Shown here piece by piece: positions 35,701 through 50,300 of a DNA stretch of 64,000 nucleotides. The translations under genes were made by a program, and so were the position numbers. Position 1 is the stretch's first letter, and every line of letters starts with the position of its first letter. The notes under the pieces were generated by a model, which saw only the letters and a list, made by a program, of their open reading frames with translations, was not told the DNA's origin and did not search any database. The DNA is from Mytilus trossulus. Its lineage: Eukaryota. The DNA is taken from the NCBI RefSeq assembly GCF_036588685.1, contig NC_086384.1:53816001-53880000 (forward strand), in the 5' to 3' direction.

Positions 35701-38217
35701 CCTGGAAATGATGATTATACGTTCTCAGGCTGGTTTCAGTTATCAAATCCAGACGGCACTTTGTTTCACTACAAAAGTGATGATCAAAACGGTACATTTT
35801 TAGGAATTAAGGCAACACTGACGTCATCCTCTATTATCACATTGACAAGACTCTTACAGAGTGTCAACGAGAGTGGTGTAGTTGTGAACGACCCCCCTCT
35901 TAGTGCGAATAACTGGTATTATTGGACGTTCAGTGTTGATGCATCGAACGGCAAAATGAAAATATATCAGGATGAAAACAAAATTTTCAGCGAAGATGTT
36001 AATTTCGTCAATGACATAGCTATCGGTCTACCAGGCACACTGCGTATAGGTGGAAGTTTTGACGAATTTGATACAAACTTTAATGGGGATGTGACATGTT
36101 TTGCATATCACTCCGACAGACCTGACCCTCCCAAAATAGAATCAGAAAACAAATGTAAATTTGGACCAGCTGGAGAATCATGTAAGTGTTTTGAAGTTAT
36201 CAAACCTTGCTTCCAAATATAAATTGTTTTTGCATAAATATACTTTTCTAAAAAAATTCTAGTAGTCTATTTGCCAATTAACGAATTTATTCTGAAATTT
36301 CATCCATTTGTCTATCGTAAACTAGTTCCATACAATAAAATTGACTTTTGGTCAAGCAAAGTATGATAGTTGAAAGGGATATATTGTCGTATTAACAATT
36401 TATTAGTGAAAACAACATCTGGAATCAAACGTATTTATTTTAACAACAACTTAGATATAATTAAAAGATTTGAAATACTTAAAGGTTACAAATATTTTAC
36501 TCAGATACAATTGCTCTTTCCTCTAGCTCACATAGTCAATAAAGATGTATTGTCCTTATAGGAAACAACCAAATAAGGGATCTCTCACAGCAGTGTCAGT
36601 AAGAACAATTGGCAATCAGAATATAGGCATTTACATGGATGAAACAATAAAATTGATCAAACAGATCTAATCGCTTATAGAACATTAATCGCCCTTCTGG
36701 TGGAGGAGATTATATGTTTGAATACGACATGACTTCTCTCATGATGTTGGATGTTCCAAGCTATTGGAGAGCTGTTAATTGGTGCTTCTCTATTTAGCAA
36801 TTTACATTAGTAAATACTAATCGCAGTGGTGAATGGTCGTAGTCAAGTAGACTGTGAACCTAGTAGTTTTTGACGATACTCTATTACGCGTTTGGGTCTT
36901 TTTAACTGATTTTGTCACCATATATGTCACGATCTATTTTCATGATCTTTTATATCAGGAAAGATCTAATAATTACAACATCGCGATGATATAAATTTGC
37001 GTTATATTCCTTCTCACGAAAGTCGCAAAATTAAAACTTTCACAAAAATAAGTTGGTTTACAGTGTTTTCATGTAGAATTACGTGTTCTTCTTTGCTATT
37101 TGTTGAAACAAAATGATACTCAACTTAAGGGGTTTCTGTTCAAATTTTGTTGCTTGAAATTAAAAAAAAGTTTTGAATGTTTGCGCTTTTTTTTTATAAT
37201 TGTAAATCCTCCAAAAAGAGGCGACCTATGGAGGATAGCTGCTTTTTTATGGTTACATTTTTGTCTAATCTTGTCTAAGCCAATCAAACAAATTCCTATG
37301 TAAAACTATGGCGATCAAAAGAAAATGGTTACCTTATCACCACCTCTTTAAATTAGATAGAATATACCACCGCCATTGAAAAATACTTCGTTCTTGATTA
37401 AAGTTAGAGGTATGATAAGTGCCATGATTTGGCCTATAGTGAAACTATGTCGGTAGAAGTGAGTTACGAGAGAGGCGGAAGAAACAATAGGGATATTCAA
37501 ATTCATATGCTGAAAACAAACAACGTCATGGCAAAAAAAACCAACATAAAAACTGATAAAAGACAATACAGAAAAAGATGATGATCATGCGCAACACCAA
37601 CCCCACATTAACAGGGATTGATCTCGGGTGCTACGGAAGGGCTCAGGCAAATATAGTAGACATAGACCAGTTATAAATAAATTAAATGTGAATGATTTTG
37701 TAGATTTGTAATACTTTTTGATTTTTGATCTTCTACTTATTTTAATTCACGAATCTAGACATTAAACATACTATTCAAAACTATGGATGAGGGTAACTCG
37801 AAGATAGGATGGTAAGTTAAGCGAAATTTATTCCGACATGATTTGAAAATCTCCTCAGTTGCCTATATCTTACAAAATTGGTACTTAACATCGTTAGTAC
37901 ATTTATAAAAATCGTGAATACATTAAATTAATTCTTTTTTTTCAGATATACCAATATGTCCGAAGAGAAATGTAGGAATATACGCCAATTCAAGTATTGA
38001 TAGTTCTTTACTAAGCACAATTAGTTCGTCTACGGAGTGTTCCGTATTCCAATGTTGCATAGATTGTTTAAATGAGGTTTCCTGTAAATACATACAATAC
38101 GATTTGACCAGTGAGGGATGTCAGACATGTTTTCTGCTGACCATAGGTTCCGGCACCTTCGATTTAGATAACGGAGAGGTTTATGAATTAGTATATTTCA
38201 GCAAAGGAAATTTTTGA
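32740..38217 (+). CDS. Probably secreted LamG/concanavalin A-like plus PAN/apple protein, paralog A; exons 32740-32770, 35489-36181, 37946-38217
   Basis: GT-AG phase-1 junctions give MDACTLVLISGLSNIAWC-IPDLLWPL...YTFSGWF...GTLFHY...NNWYY...GTLRIGG...FNGDVTC (LamG-like), then C-x3-C..C..YIQY..C (PAN-like); collinear with paralog B. Confidence 0.78.
32925..33362. mobile_element. Common interspersed repeat (AAGATGTGGTATGATTGCCAATGAGACAA family; shorter copies at ~4003-4085, 18805-18992, 27590-27818)
   Basis: Shared 5' block and AAACGAGAAAACTAACGGCC block among copies. Confidence 0.7.
34578..35122 (-). mobile_element. Non-LTR retrozyme, family A (about 1.5 copies of a 346-bp monomer) in intron 1 of gene A
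   Basis: GTACCAGGATTATAATTGAA at 34592 and 34938; hammerhead at 34611-34660 and a degenerate one at ~34957-35004. Confidence 0.87.
34611..34660 (-). ncRNA. Type I hammerhead ribozyme with intact catalytic core
   Basis: GAGCGUCA CUGAUGA GUCU-UAUGU-AGAC GAAA C-ACGC-G UC UGGCGU; 6-bp stem I, 4-bp stem II, minimal stem III. Confidence 0.88.
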
Positions 38218-41028
38218 ACTTTTTTATTATGCTTTTGAAGAGGATTGAGAAACCGCTTATTCATACGTTCACTATTATTGATTTCAAAGAAATTGACACA
38301 ACTCCATGTTGCTTACATATTTGGGCAAACATATATCATATACTGCATGAGTGTTATACTTATAATAAGTGAATACGCATTGCTTGCTAGTTTGTATATA
38401 TTGACAATCAACCTCTATAGTCAATCTTTGCATGTTTTCATGATTTGAAAAGAATAAATTATATAAATACTCGTAATCGAAAGCACCGACCATTACTTGG
38501 TATTTCATTTGAACTATTTTTCTTCTTTTTTTTTCACGTTGTGGCGATTTGAAACTACATGTACTAATTAAAGACCAAATTGTTATGGACTTCTCGAACA
38601 TATTAAACCAAAAAAGAGAACATATTCACATTTTCTGTTATCGTGAGTTCAAAGGTCAAACCAGAAGAAACACATTTAAATCTAATAATAGAAATAAAAG
38701 AGCATACTCTCAACCTTTTGATCATTCTAAACAAATTAATACTTGTAAAGGAACAGGTCATTATATTTCGTCGGGGGGATAGATGGCTTAATTTCAAACG
38801 TCAGTAAATGTCATCTTTGCAAGTAACAATATATGTTGTCCAGTATTTTCATCAGACATGTTTAAAATTACATTAACCTTTATCATGTTTAGTAAAAGAG
38901 TTACAATGCCGTTTTTGAAAAGTTACCGCCGTCAATTTGATATAATTCACAAATATAGTTGAGCTGACAACGAAACGCCGAATTCAAAAAAATAACTACT
39001 TGCAACTGTCAAATCAAAAACATACGTGTCAACCTATCGATCATAAAATTGACGACAGACGTGCAACATGACACATTCAAAAAGATGTACTTTTACCAAT
39101 TATATTATACTATAATCCTTTCGTTTGTTTCCCTGTGCACTTTGTTACAGTAACTTGCTTTCTTGAATGTTGCACGTTATTAAAAACTAATAATTAATTT
39201 GGGAAATGCCTCTCAATTGTTGAACATCAAAGGCACGGATTTTGTTTTATCAAACATACATGCAATGTTATTATACAAAAAATACTCACAAGTTCAGTTA
39301 AACCCATACGTTGAAACAATACTTGTAAATGTGAACAATTATACACCCAACTTATCAATACTGGCCCTATATTTTTTTAACTCTCTTGTATTTTTTTTCT
39401 AAACAAAAACCCACAGAAAAGAATAAAAATCTTAATATGTCCAAGTTTGATCCATGTCCAAATTATTCTTTTCCAAAAAGATACAGAAATGTCGTCTAAT
39501 TTGTTAATTATTTATCAATTGTGTCGTACATCAGATACAAATTTCTGACTGATTGTGGATTTGCATTTTAGTAGATACATTTACGCGGTATTTGTTGGTG
39601 TTGAAGAAGACCCATTGGTGGCTTTGTAATGTTTTCGTGTCTTTTGTCAGGCTTTTTACGCATTCCAAATTGTTGGCATACCTTTAAAATCACATGATTC
39701 CCTTAACTGATTCATGAGATTAAACATCAGTAATTTACTGTAGCCTCTAATGTATAACTAGGAGTTTTAACACTGATCAATAAACTGTGTACCCTCTTAT
39801 AATGCATATGTACATAGACCTGATAATTGTCCCCTCATCACAAATAAAAACAAAACAAGTCAAACAAATATGTTGAGTGAAAGATTTTACATAATTGAAT
39901 AAAAGTTTTCACCAGTCAACGACGAGAATATTCTTTTTGCGTTTATTTCAGTCCTACTACAACCTTTCACATTCCTTAAAATATACAAGAAGTCACTTTG
40001 AAATACGGCAATACATTGAAGAATGAGAAAAGGATATCACCTAGTAATACGTCAACAGAACATTCTTTAAAAAAAAAAAGCAAATCGATTCGTTAAACGT
40101 AGGTTTTGGGATGGCCGATTTCTACACGAAAACCCGGACTTCAAACTACTACATGGATACTGACAACTATTCATTTAGTATGAGAAAGTTCACAACTATT
40201 ATACCCTTTAACTAGCTATAAACGCAGTTTCAATTTACCATTGTTTACGTAAGGAAATAACTGTAACATGTTAGGAATATGACAGTTGTTTTCCTCGTCC
40301 TTAGATGTGATTGAGCGTTTGATTTTACCCTTAGACAAATAACTTGCCTTTTATAATTTCACTTGCAGTTCAGTATTTCAGTTATTTTCTTCTTCCCGTA
40401 TATTTGTATATATCATTCAAGGGCACGCATTTTGTAAATCTGGATATACCAATAACTTTAATGTTACCTATCGTACTGCAGCAGATTGCAACTTTTGTCT
40501 CTCAGTACAGCCCGAGGCTAATAGCTCCGTAAAACTTGATCAAACGCTGAATTAGACATCAGTGGAACACATCAAGCGACAAAGAAGAATGCTCTATACA
40601 AATTTTGTTTGTTAAAAAACAAGATAAAAGATGGATGGAAACGGAAACTAAGGACTGGTTCTTACTTATTCAAGGTTTTAATGCATTCAACATCAATAGG
40701 AGATACAAAAAATATATACAAGAAAGATTTTTTGTAAAGTAAAACAACTTAATGTAAATCCATGTAAAAACACAGAACAATACAATTTGTTACTTTTATA
40801 GCGTGTCTTATTCAATGCACCGATTGATAAATATTTTACAGATAAAACAAACGGCGTAATACAATGTACAATTTAACTGTATCTAATTTCCCCTCGATTT
40901 TCTTAAACCTTAATTATGAATATTCATGAATGATTTGTTTCCGGTCTTTGTCAAACGCATGCGAAATATAGTGATATGCTTGATTGAGAGTATTTAGCTC
41001 TATGAAAGGAAATCTCGAATACTGCGAT

Positions 41029-41082
41029 ATTATTGATTGGTTATTTGCTTCTTAAAAGTAAACGCCCAGGTTAATATAAATC
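41029..41082 (+). promoter_or_regulatory. Putative core promoter of LamG-PAN gene B
   Basis: TATTATTGATTGGTTA then AATATAAA about 40 nt before ATG. Confidence 0.55.
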
Positions 41083-41116
41083 AACATACTATTAGGTTTC
41101 TTAACTTATGTGCAGG

Positions 41117-44100
41117 ATGGATGCATATACGGTTGTGCTATTATCAGGTATGTACAAAACAAATATTTCTAAAAAGTTTTAACTCGTTTTGCGAGCCTTT
41201 GAATGTTTAAATTTAATGAAACTTTTTATTCTTAATTTAAGAAATTGCATGTTAAAATATGTGTCAATATTTCATGATTTTCTTGATTGGTCATTATGTT
41301 GTCCGCTATCAGTTTTTAGACGTTTTTGAAGAACTTTTACCTTGTTTGTAATATAAATATTTGAGAGATATACTATAATGTTTGAATACCCTTATTTGAG
41401 ATATTTGATATCTATAGGCAATGGCGGATCAGGAAGCGTAGAGGTCGTACGACTCCCTTAATTTGGTCACAAAAAAAGAAGAAATAAATCTTAATATCTT
41501 GTTTCTAATTGTGACATCAAACTACAAATACTATGTTTCCTTAATATGTTTACTTACTACCGCTTAAAAAAAAACTGTTAATCTGGTCACTATTGTTTAT
41601 TGTGACAAAGAAGGCTTGTATAAACAAAGATATTATTAATTTTTCAAAATCGTTTATTTGTTAAGACTTTTGCAATTGCTTTAAGCGCCTCTGGTGAGTC
41701 TTATCTAGTCATAATGCGCCGTCTGACGTAAGCACGTTATAAGCCTGACATACTAAATAGCTTTTTTATAAGATCGAAATGACTCTTTTATACTGTAGAT
41801 TCATTATTATTCGTCGAATACAATTTTTTCGGTGAATTCTTGGAGACATGTGAATCACAAATATCAATGTTAAAATTTTCTACAAATATGTTTGCAGATT
41901 TTGCCTACCCCGCGAGATAAAATATCCACGAAAATGCAATTTTCCATCATTCCAAGAAAATTACAACCACGAGAAAAAATCAAACCAAATTATTTCATTA
42001 TTTTAAAGTACAACACTATACAGATAATTTTTCTGAATTCCTAAGAGAGGTAAATAATCTATACTGAATAAATGAAAACGCAACCCATACCTGTTTGTTC
42101 ATGTCATAAAAAATAAAACTGACGGATTTTGACTGGAAAATTAACCAACTGTTCTAACACTTCGTGACTTTTATTGTTCACCTACCTAATTATACTATTT
42201 ACCGGGCTCGTAATAACATAAACAAAACGACGGGTGCCACATGTGGAGCAGGATCTGATTACCTTCAGGAGTACCTGAGATCACACCGCTTTTTGTCGGG
42301 GTTCGTGTTGCTAAGTCTTTGTTTTGGTATACTATATTATTGTGTCATGTATACTATTGTTTGTCTGTTTTTATTTTTCATTTTTAGTCATGGCGTTGTC
42401 AGTTTATTTCCAATCTATGAGTTTGATAGTCCCTCTGGCATCTTTCTCCCCTGTTTTAACATATTTGTATGCCAAAACTTTGCAGCAATTTTTTTTTTAC
42501 ATTGCCAATCATTTTCAAGGTTCAATTTGAAGATGTTCATGTGTCCATATCTAAAAAAATATAAAGGAGACCTTCTTTACTAATATACTCGGAAGTATCC
42601 TTAAGGAGGTTTACTACCCAATTTCAAAATAAATAGCTTCCATAACACTAGTATATATTGAAAGGGGATTAATTAAGGAATAAAAAAAGCAAATATAATT
42701 GAAATCAATTGACAATGAGATGACAGAAACGAAAACGATAAAATAGATTAACAGGATACAAAACACAAAATAATAGTCTAAAGACTAAGCAACACAATTC
42801 CCCACCAAAATCTGCCATTTTACCAATATCTACGTGTTTCGAACGACAAAATAACAAACAAACATTTCAAAACAAAAAAATACAGCATAAATTAAAGCTG
42901 AATCAAAGAATATAATAAGATAATTGCAAATCATATTTTTTATCGCATATATTCGCACTTTAGGATGTTTTGTCGTTGGAAGCTGTACACTCGAACTACT
43001 ATGGCCATTGAATAATGTTACATACACGTCAGAAATCAAACTGAATTCCCAGAATCAAGATCGAGCAGCTGGATGCAATATGAAATTCGCACAAGATATG
43101 CCACCTAATTTCCAAAATCTTGCAGTTTCTACTGATAATAATCACTGGATTGATATTAGAATTGAAGACAATATTTCTTTTCAAAATAAAGACTATATGT
43201 TCTCAGGCTGGTTTAAGACATATAATCCAAATGGTGCTTTGATTCACTACAAAAGTGATGATACAACAGGACAATTTCTTGAACTAAAGGCAATGCTGAA
43301 TAATTCAAATATCATATTCACGAGAAAATTAAAAACTGCCAACGAAACTGGATCCATAGGCGTCACATTGAGCCCGAATAGCTGGAATTATTTGGCATTT
43401 GGCATCGATATAAGCAACGGTAAAATACAAATTTGTTATGATGGAACCAATATATATGACGGAGCCGACAGTTTTGTGGACATAGACATGAAGCTACCAG
43501 GTACATTGCGCATAGGCAGAAGTTTTGATGACGTTGATCCAACCTTTGATGGAGATGTGACCTGCGTTGCATTGCATAACGATAAAGGAGCTCCTTTATC
43601 GGATTCAGAGATCGAATGTAAGAACACTATCCCTGACGAATCATGTAAGTTGTTTATAAATATCGAAAATAACCACCATCTCGTTCTTATTATATAGTAT
43701 ACTGTTAGATAAAATCCATTTATATTATGTCAAGATTCTAAATATGTAATGGCTAATAGTATAACTGGCGAAAAATTTCCTAATAATTTGTAGCTTCAAT
43801 CTACCAAACACAGTGTTATACTGATGTTCAAAAGTCATTAATATATTAAGGAAAAACAAATTCTGGTTACAAATTAAAACCGAGGGATACATTTGAACTA
43901 TAGTGTAAGAGGTAAAGAACGGAACAGAAACATAAAACTGCAACAAATAACCAAAGTCTGTTATGGAACAGAATATAGTTATTCTCTCGAGGAGTTAGGG
44001 CCTATCATTTAAAATATAAACATTTATTTAAGTATGTTTGATTGACAATTTGGCCCTTAATTCTTTTCATTTACAGAACGATTAATTTCTATCATGTATT

Positions 44101-44385
44101 TTGAAAATTTCTAAATCAAACTATTGATTTTCAGATAAACCAATATGTCCGGACAGGAATGTAGGAACATACACAAGTATCAATAACGGGATGTCTAACC
44201 TACGTACGATCAGTACGAGTACTGTGTGCTCCGTGTTCCAATGTGGTATCGTTTGTCTAAAGCTGACATCGTGTAAATACATACAGTATAATCTGACCAC
44301 TGAAGGTTGTAACACATGTTATTTGCTGACCATTGGTTCTGGTAGCTTCGATTTGAATAACGGAGAGGTTTTTGAATTGGGATAA
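41117..44385 (+). CDS. Probably secreted LamG/concanavalin A-like plus PAN/apple protein, paralog B; exons 41117-41147, 42964-43644, 44135-44385
   Basis: MDAYTVVLLSGCFVVGSC-TLELLWPL...YMFSGWF...GTLRIGR...FDGDVTC, then ICPDRNVG...CSVFQCGIVCLKLTSCKYIQYNL..C..CYLL; same intron phases as paralog A. Confidence 0.8.
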
Positions 44386-46888
44386 TGAAGCAACTAAACA
44401 TTTGATCTCAAAACTTGTTGTATATGATGTTTAACAGACGGACACATATTTGCATTCCACAAATATATTTGCTTTCACCATATGATAATAGTCATACGTC
44501 ACAACTGTTTCAAACCATGAAGGAGTATAGCCAGGAACCCCAATAAATTGCTCTGTAAAGGCTTTTTTAAAACTTTGACTGTTGAATTACAAAATGTATC
44601 ATTTTTGAAAGTATATGTAGAAAAATAAGTGTCTGCCTCATACATGTGTAGATTATGGTGGGGTTCGTGTTGTTTATTCTTTAGTTTTCTATGTTGTGTC
44701 ATGTGTACTATTGTTTTTCTGTTTGTCTTTTTCATTTTTAGCCATGGCGTTGTCAGTTTGTTTTAGATTTAAGAGTTTGGCTGTCCCTTTGGTATCTTTC
44801 GTCCCTCTTTTATAAAGATATTAAAGGCTACAGTAGTATACCGCTGTTCAAAAGTCATGTATCGATTACGAGAGAAAAGAAAGCCTAAAACAGGTAGAGA
44901 TTTTGTTTATTTTTTTCTAGAAATTCAACTATTTCGATCTTATTTGAATTTATATGTGGAGCAGTAAAAGAGAGTGAATTAAGGCAACAGTAGTATACAG
45001 CTGTTCCAAAGTCATAAAACACTTTGTGGGCGAAGGATGACGAAACAGTTAACGGTTATTTTTGATCAGAAAATTTACATGAATTTCACCAAATAATACA
45101 CAAAATCCCGTATTCTTGTGATGTCATACATACACGACAAATATTCTGTAACCGAAACAATTGGATATTCTAACCTATGTTTTCATATAATTTTCAACAC
45201 ATTATCGCAATTGCAAAAAAAAAGTTTTATGGCCTTTGTTGCGAGTTGGTTAACTGTCACCTTTTAGCATAAAGTAATAGCGTCTATTTTTTTAGCATGA
45301 AGTAATAGCGTCTAAAAATGTTATCTATTTATAAATTCCTGATTTTAAAATCTTCAGACTTGAACGTTCAAATGATGATACACCAATAATACCGCTTTGA
45401 GCCGATTAAATTCATGAAGTGTTATTTTCATTTAGGTGTAATCATAACCATTATTCTTGATCTATATTGAGGTTTGTTGATTTTTATTCACTATATATTT
45501 CAACTATACGCTATTAAACATACATACTAATTTAGCACTCCCGTACAATGGCACTCAAAAAAGCGGAAAAAAATATATGTACAAAAATATTTGGGCACCA
45601 GCAACAATACCATTTATACCAAAATACAGCAAATACATAATAATTATATGTATGGCAAATTTATTTGACAGAAGTATGTTTCATACTTGTACAACAATAT
45701 TCATGTTCATACTATAACTATGGCTATATTGGTCATGCTATTTTATTTTTCATATTCTCATTTGTAGAATAGACTATCCATGTTAATACTAGTATATGTT
45801 TATATTCTTGTCATGATACTTACAAAAATAAATATTGTCGTAAAAATGAAAACAACACGTTATTATAATAATGAGTCTGAAGAGCTTTTCTTGGATTTAC
45901 CTTCACAAAATGCTTAAAATCGATTGTCTAATTGCCAAGAATGTATAAAAACTACAAAGGTTGAGCTATATGACTGCAAGAAGACAGAAGACAGAAAATA
46001 GCAAAATTCATCTTTTGTCTAATTTGCTTGAGGGTATTGAAACCAAAGTTTCTTTAAAATTTCAAAGGAGTAGACCCAGTTATACTCCTTTTTGGCCCCA
46101 ACATATAGCAATTTTATATAATAATAAAAATGTAAACTTTAAGCTGTTTATTTGAAAGTATAATACTTCTATTACATAAATATGGGCTGTGTTTGACAAT
46201 TCAATATTCAAATGTAATTTGTATTTTATGATAATACTTATTTATATAAAGGTTGAGAACACGGATGGGGCCATTTTCACTTTTCCATAAACAAAACCAT
46301 CTGAAAAGTGACATATTATGGCATAGTTGATAGATTGTTTAAGATTAAAGCTTGAATTCGGCAGTATTGATGACTAAATCAGTTCAATTTTTTCCAAAAA
46401 CTAGTTAAGTGGACTGGTGTAGACACTTAAGTGTTTAAAAAATTTCCAAAATCTTTCATCATATGAACTTGAAGTATGAGGACCAAATTGACCCTTACCA
46501 GACCTACTCTTGTTTAAACGAGTAATTTAAGAAAGTTTTGTTATAAATCATGCTAGTTCAGAAGTACTGACATCTGATCTTTTCAATTTCGCACATTATT
46601 TGACCCTATTAACTTTTATTCAAGCGTCAGTCATATCACGAGTTGTTTGACCGGTATGACATATTGCTTTCGTTTTATATGTATATGATGATGTATATGT
46701 TCCAATTGTCGTAACATCAGTCTCATCCCCTTTCATCCTAATAGGACATCTCTGGATAAGAATTATCATCAAATTTGCACTAACATGAACAACACGTTGG
46801 AGTAAGATTGGCTTACCCTTATAATGCACCCGATATTACCCCGATGTTAGTGGGATTCGTGATGCTCAGGGCTTAGTTTTTATGTTGC

Positions 46889-49590
46889 TAAAACAAACAA
46901 CCTTTCAAATAAAAAAAAAATGAATTAAGATTAAAACATGAAATAGATGTTATTGCTTTGAAAGTGGTCTTTTCTAAATTATATGCAGCATGTGAATTGA
47001 TATTAGTGTTAATCTATCTTATATATATGACGTCTAATACCACTTAACTGTATTTTATTTCCACTAATATTCTTTGCAACTTTATGAATTTTTTATTACT
47101 TGCAGCTTATTCTCCTGAAAAAATGTATACAGCTTTTTTGATCTTTTAAATTCTAAAGAATTTTGTTGATCAATCAGAAATATTTTTTCTTGGAAATTGA
47201 CTGAAAAACAAGTTATGACTCAAGCAAACATTTTAGATTAATATTGAAGCAAACATACTAGATGTATTTTGTATATTATGATATATACACGCATGTTTAT
47301 GAAGAGAAGCATAACATACACAGATGTATTTTCATTCGAATCAGTGCTTGGTGTCATTTTGGTTTGTGGTGTATCAATGCCCGGTGACGTCACTAGTTTG
47401 TGGTGTATCAATGCCCGGTGACGTCACTAGTTTGTGGTGTATCAATGCCCGGTGACGTCACTAGTTTGTGGTGTATCAATGCCCGGTGACGTCACTAGTT
47501 TGTGGTGTATCAATGTCCGGTGACGTCACTAGTTTGTGGTGTATCAATGCCCGGTGACGTCACTAGTTTGTGGTGTATCAATGCCCGGTGACTTCACTCT
47601 GTGTTTTATGTAGATGTATTTCTGTTTGTATCACCTGGTAATTTAAGCCTTTTAAACTGATTTTTATAGTTCGTTAGTTATCTAGTTTGAATTTTTTTCC
47701 ATTTTCCACATCTGGGCTTTTTATAGTTTTCTATGCAATATAGGCTTAGTTCATTATTGAAGGCCAGTGACTAATAGATGGTAATTTCTGTGTCTTTTTC
47801 CACATTGACAATCATTTCTGTTTGCTATTAATGTTATAATGTCAATGTTTTAAAAAAAATCAAAATGATCTGACATTTTTTTTTTTTTTATTATTTATAT
47901 AAAATGAAGTTATGTTTAAGATGTGTGTCGTGTACGCAGATATTTTAATCTTTACATTTGTAATCTGTTTATATTAAATCTGTTAAAAAGACGAAATATT
48001 TTTGAGAAAGTATTTGAAAATTGAGATACAAAAGTCAGCACTTTCTATTGATAAAACAATTCTAATTGTTTTCCGGAAATTATGTTTAATTTTCTAGTTA
48101 CAAAATATCCAATGGAAAGAATAAAACTTCCGAGGAGAAAATATTACTCATCAAATCAGTATTCATCACGTCTGTGGTTACATGAGTTATCATTGATATC
48201 GTCATGAAATGAATAATTCTTTACAAAATTTGTATCTTACGAAACATGAGAAACTCGTAGGACTTTTCAAAAAACAATTCGGATTTCGGATGTCTTCAAT
48301 GTTCTGAACCCTCTTTCTTAATTTTGTCCCTTAAAACTTAAATGACTCAAACGTCATTATCAAGTTTATGTTGACGTCACGCGGACGTACAAAATTGCAA
48401 TCCTTGTATCTATTTCTCATAGACGATACTCGGATCTGAAATCAAAATTTGGTGCAACTTTCTTCGTTAAAACCATTGATCTCCGCCGTCATTCACGATA
48501 GAACTTACGTTGTACGCTTACAGTAAGTAATCCGTGATTTCTTGCAACCGCTTGTTTTATTTAGAGAAAATATAGTTATTTATTTCTTATATGATTTTAA
48601 ATTTCAAAAAGGCCAATAAATAGTACACGTAATAATAATATGAATTTATTGAACTTTTTCCCATCTTCCAATAGCAGTTATGAGTTGACTTTATGCCTTC
48701 AAACTGAAATTGTATGTTGGTTTTCGCGTGAAAACAAACTTATATATGCAATAACCAAATGTAATGTTTTCATAAAAACGATGAAAAATACAGAATTTAT
48801 GCAGTTTTCTAACTTTATTTACATTATGGAAACATCCTGCGCAGCTGAGAAACAACAAAATAATTTAACAAAAGCTTTATTATAACTATTGGCATTGATT
48901 CACCAAATATAAAGTTGTATCTCGGGTGCGCACATACTTTTTCAGTCTAAAATATACTTAAAATTTTATGAATAAACAAGTAAAATCATGAAATTTAACA
49001 AAATTTGCAAATTAGGTTATGATTTGTTGCCATGGTAACTTGTTTGATGTCAAATGTGTTTTGTTTTTCTTAGTACCTTATACCTTAGACAAGTTTTCAG
49101 TAATTTAAGAATATGTATGATAGCTTTAAAATTTGCAGCAATTTTTGGGCCAAATAAGGACCTTATTGTCCCCACTCCTTTGATTTTCACGAGTTGGATA
49201 ACCATTTGAGAATTCTGTTTTACTGATGAAGACGGATATGTTCCATTTGTCCTGTCGTCTTGTCCCCGAATGTGACCTATCAAATTACACTTACCATCGG
49301 GTTTGTAATTACACGAGTAGCAAGCCGGATACCACATGTGGAGCATCAGGAAAAACAACAACAGTTTATCCTTTCCGGGCATCTGAGACTATCCCTCATT
49401 TTTTGGTGGAGTTCGTGTTGCTCAGTCTTAAATTTTTCCATGTTGAGATTATTTGGTTTTTCTTTTTGCTTTCATGTCGTTTTCAGTTCATCGAAAGATG
49501 GGTAAATCGACATGATTAAACAGGGTAAGCCCCCCCCCCCCCCCACCCCTTGATATGCATGCATCACCTGGGAAATGTTATCCCATATAA
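46889..49590 (+). repeat. Local segmental duplication, copy 1
   Basis: 46889-48775 aligns with 50301-51925, and 49180-49590 with 53150-53535. Confidence 0.88.
47362..47598 (+). repeat. 34-bp minisatellite, 7 copies, six with a perfect CRE palindrome
   Basis: Unit GTTTGTGGTGTATCAATGCCCGGTGACGTCACTA. Confidence 0.95.
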
Positions 49591-49595
49591 TATAT

Positions 49596-49760
49596 TTGTA
49601 ACACTCCCAAACGTGTCCTTCCCCCCAAACGTGTCCGATTCTCCCAAACGTGTCTTTTCTCCCTAAACGTGTCCGAAATGCACAATATTCCCCAAACGTG
49701 TCCGATTTCATAACCCCCAAACGTGTCCGATAATTGTTATTCGCCTAAACGTGTCCAATA
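49596..49760 (+). repeat. Cluster of 7 CC(C/T)AAACGTGTC motifs, probable DNA-transposon subterminal repeats
   Basis: Motif recurs at 18-30-bp spacing after TGTAACAC. Confidence 0.6.
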
Positions 49761-50300
49761 TTTAACGTCAAAACGTCACACATCTTTTAGCGCTAATACA
49801 TGTATCTCCTAATTAAAAAATCGCTGATAACGTTAACGGTAATTCTTTGATGGGAGATACACGTGATGAAGTTGTCATTTATCAGATTAAGTTAGTTCGA
49901 TGTAGGTTTTTATTGATTATAATAATTGCAAAATTAATCTGTTATTATTAAATAATTCTTATATCATTTGCATATCTATAAATACTTGAATTGGATTGGT
50001 CAAGTAGAATTTTTCTCTTGGTTTACACTTCGATAAACCATGTTTCCGAAACTAAATTTTTAGAAAGTCAAGATGGCGGCGTACTCCTTAGTTACGACAT
50101 GCCATTGTGCTTCTGATGGTACATATAGTAGCCATCAAAGTAATAATTTAAATTAATAATCGCGTATGTTTGGCGAAAGAATTATGAGGATTAATTTTAA
50201 TTTTAAGCGAAATAGAGAGGATATTTGTAAAGCACACACACAAAAAAAAGAATATAAATATTCCAAGACAAACGACCAAAGCCAAAAAATTAAAACAAAT

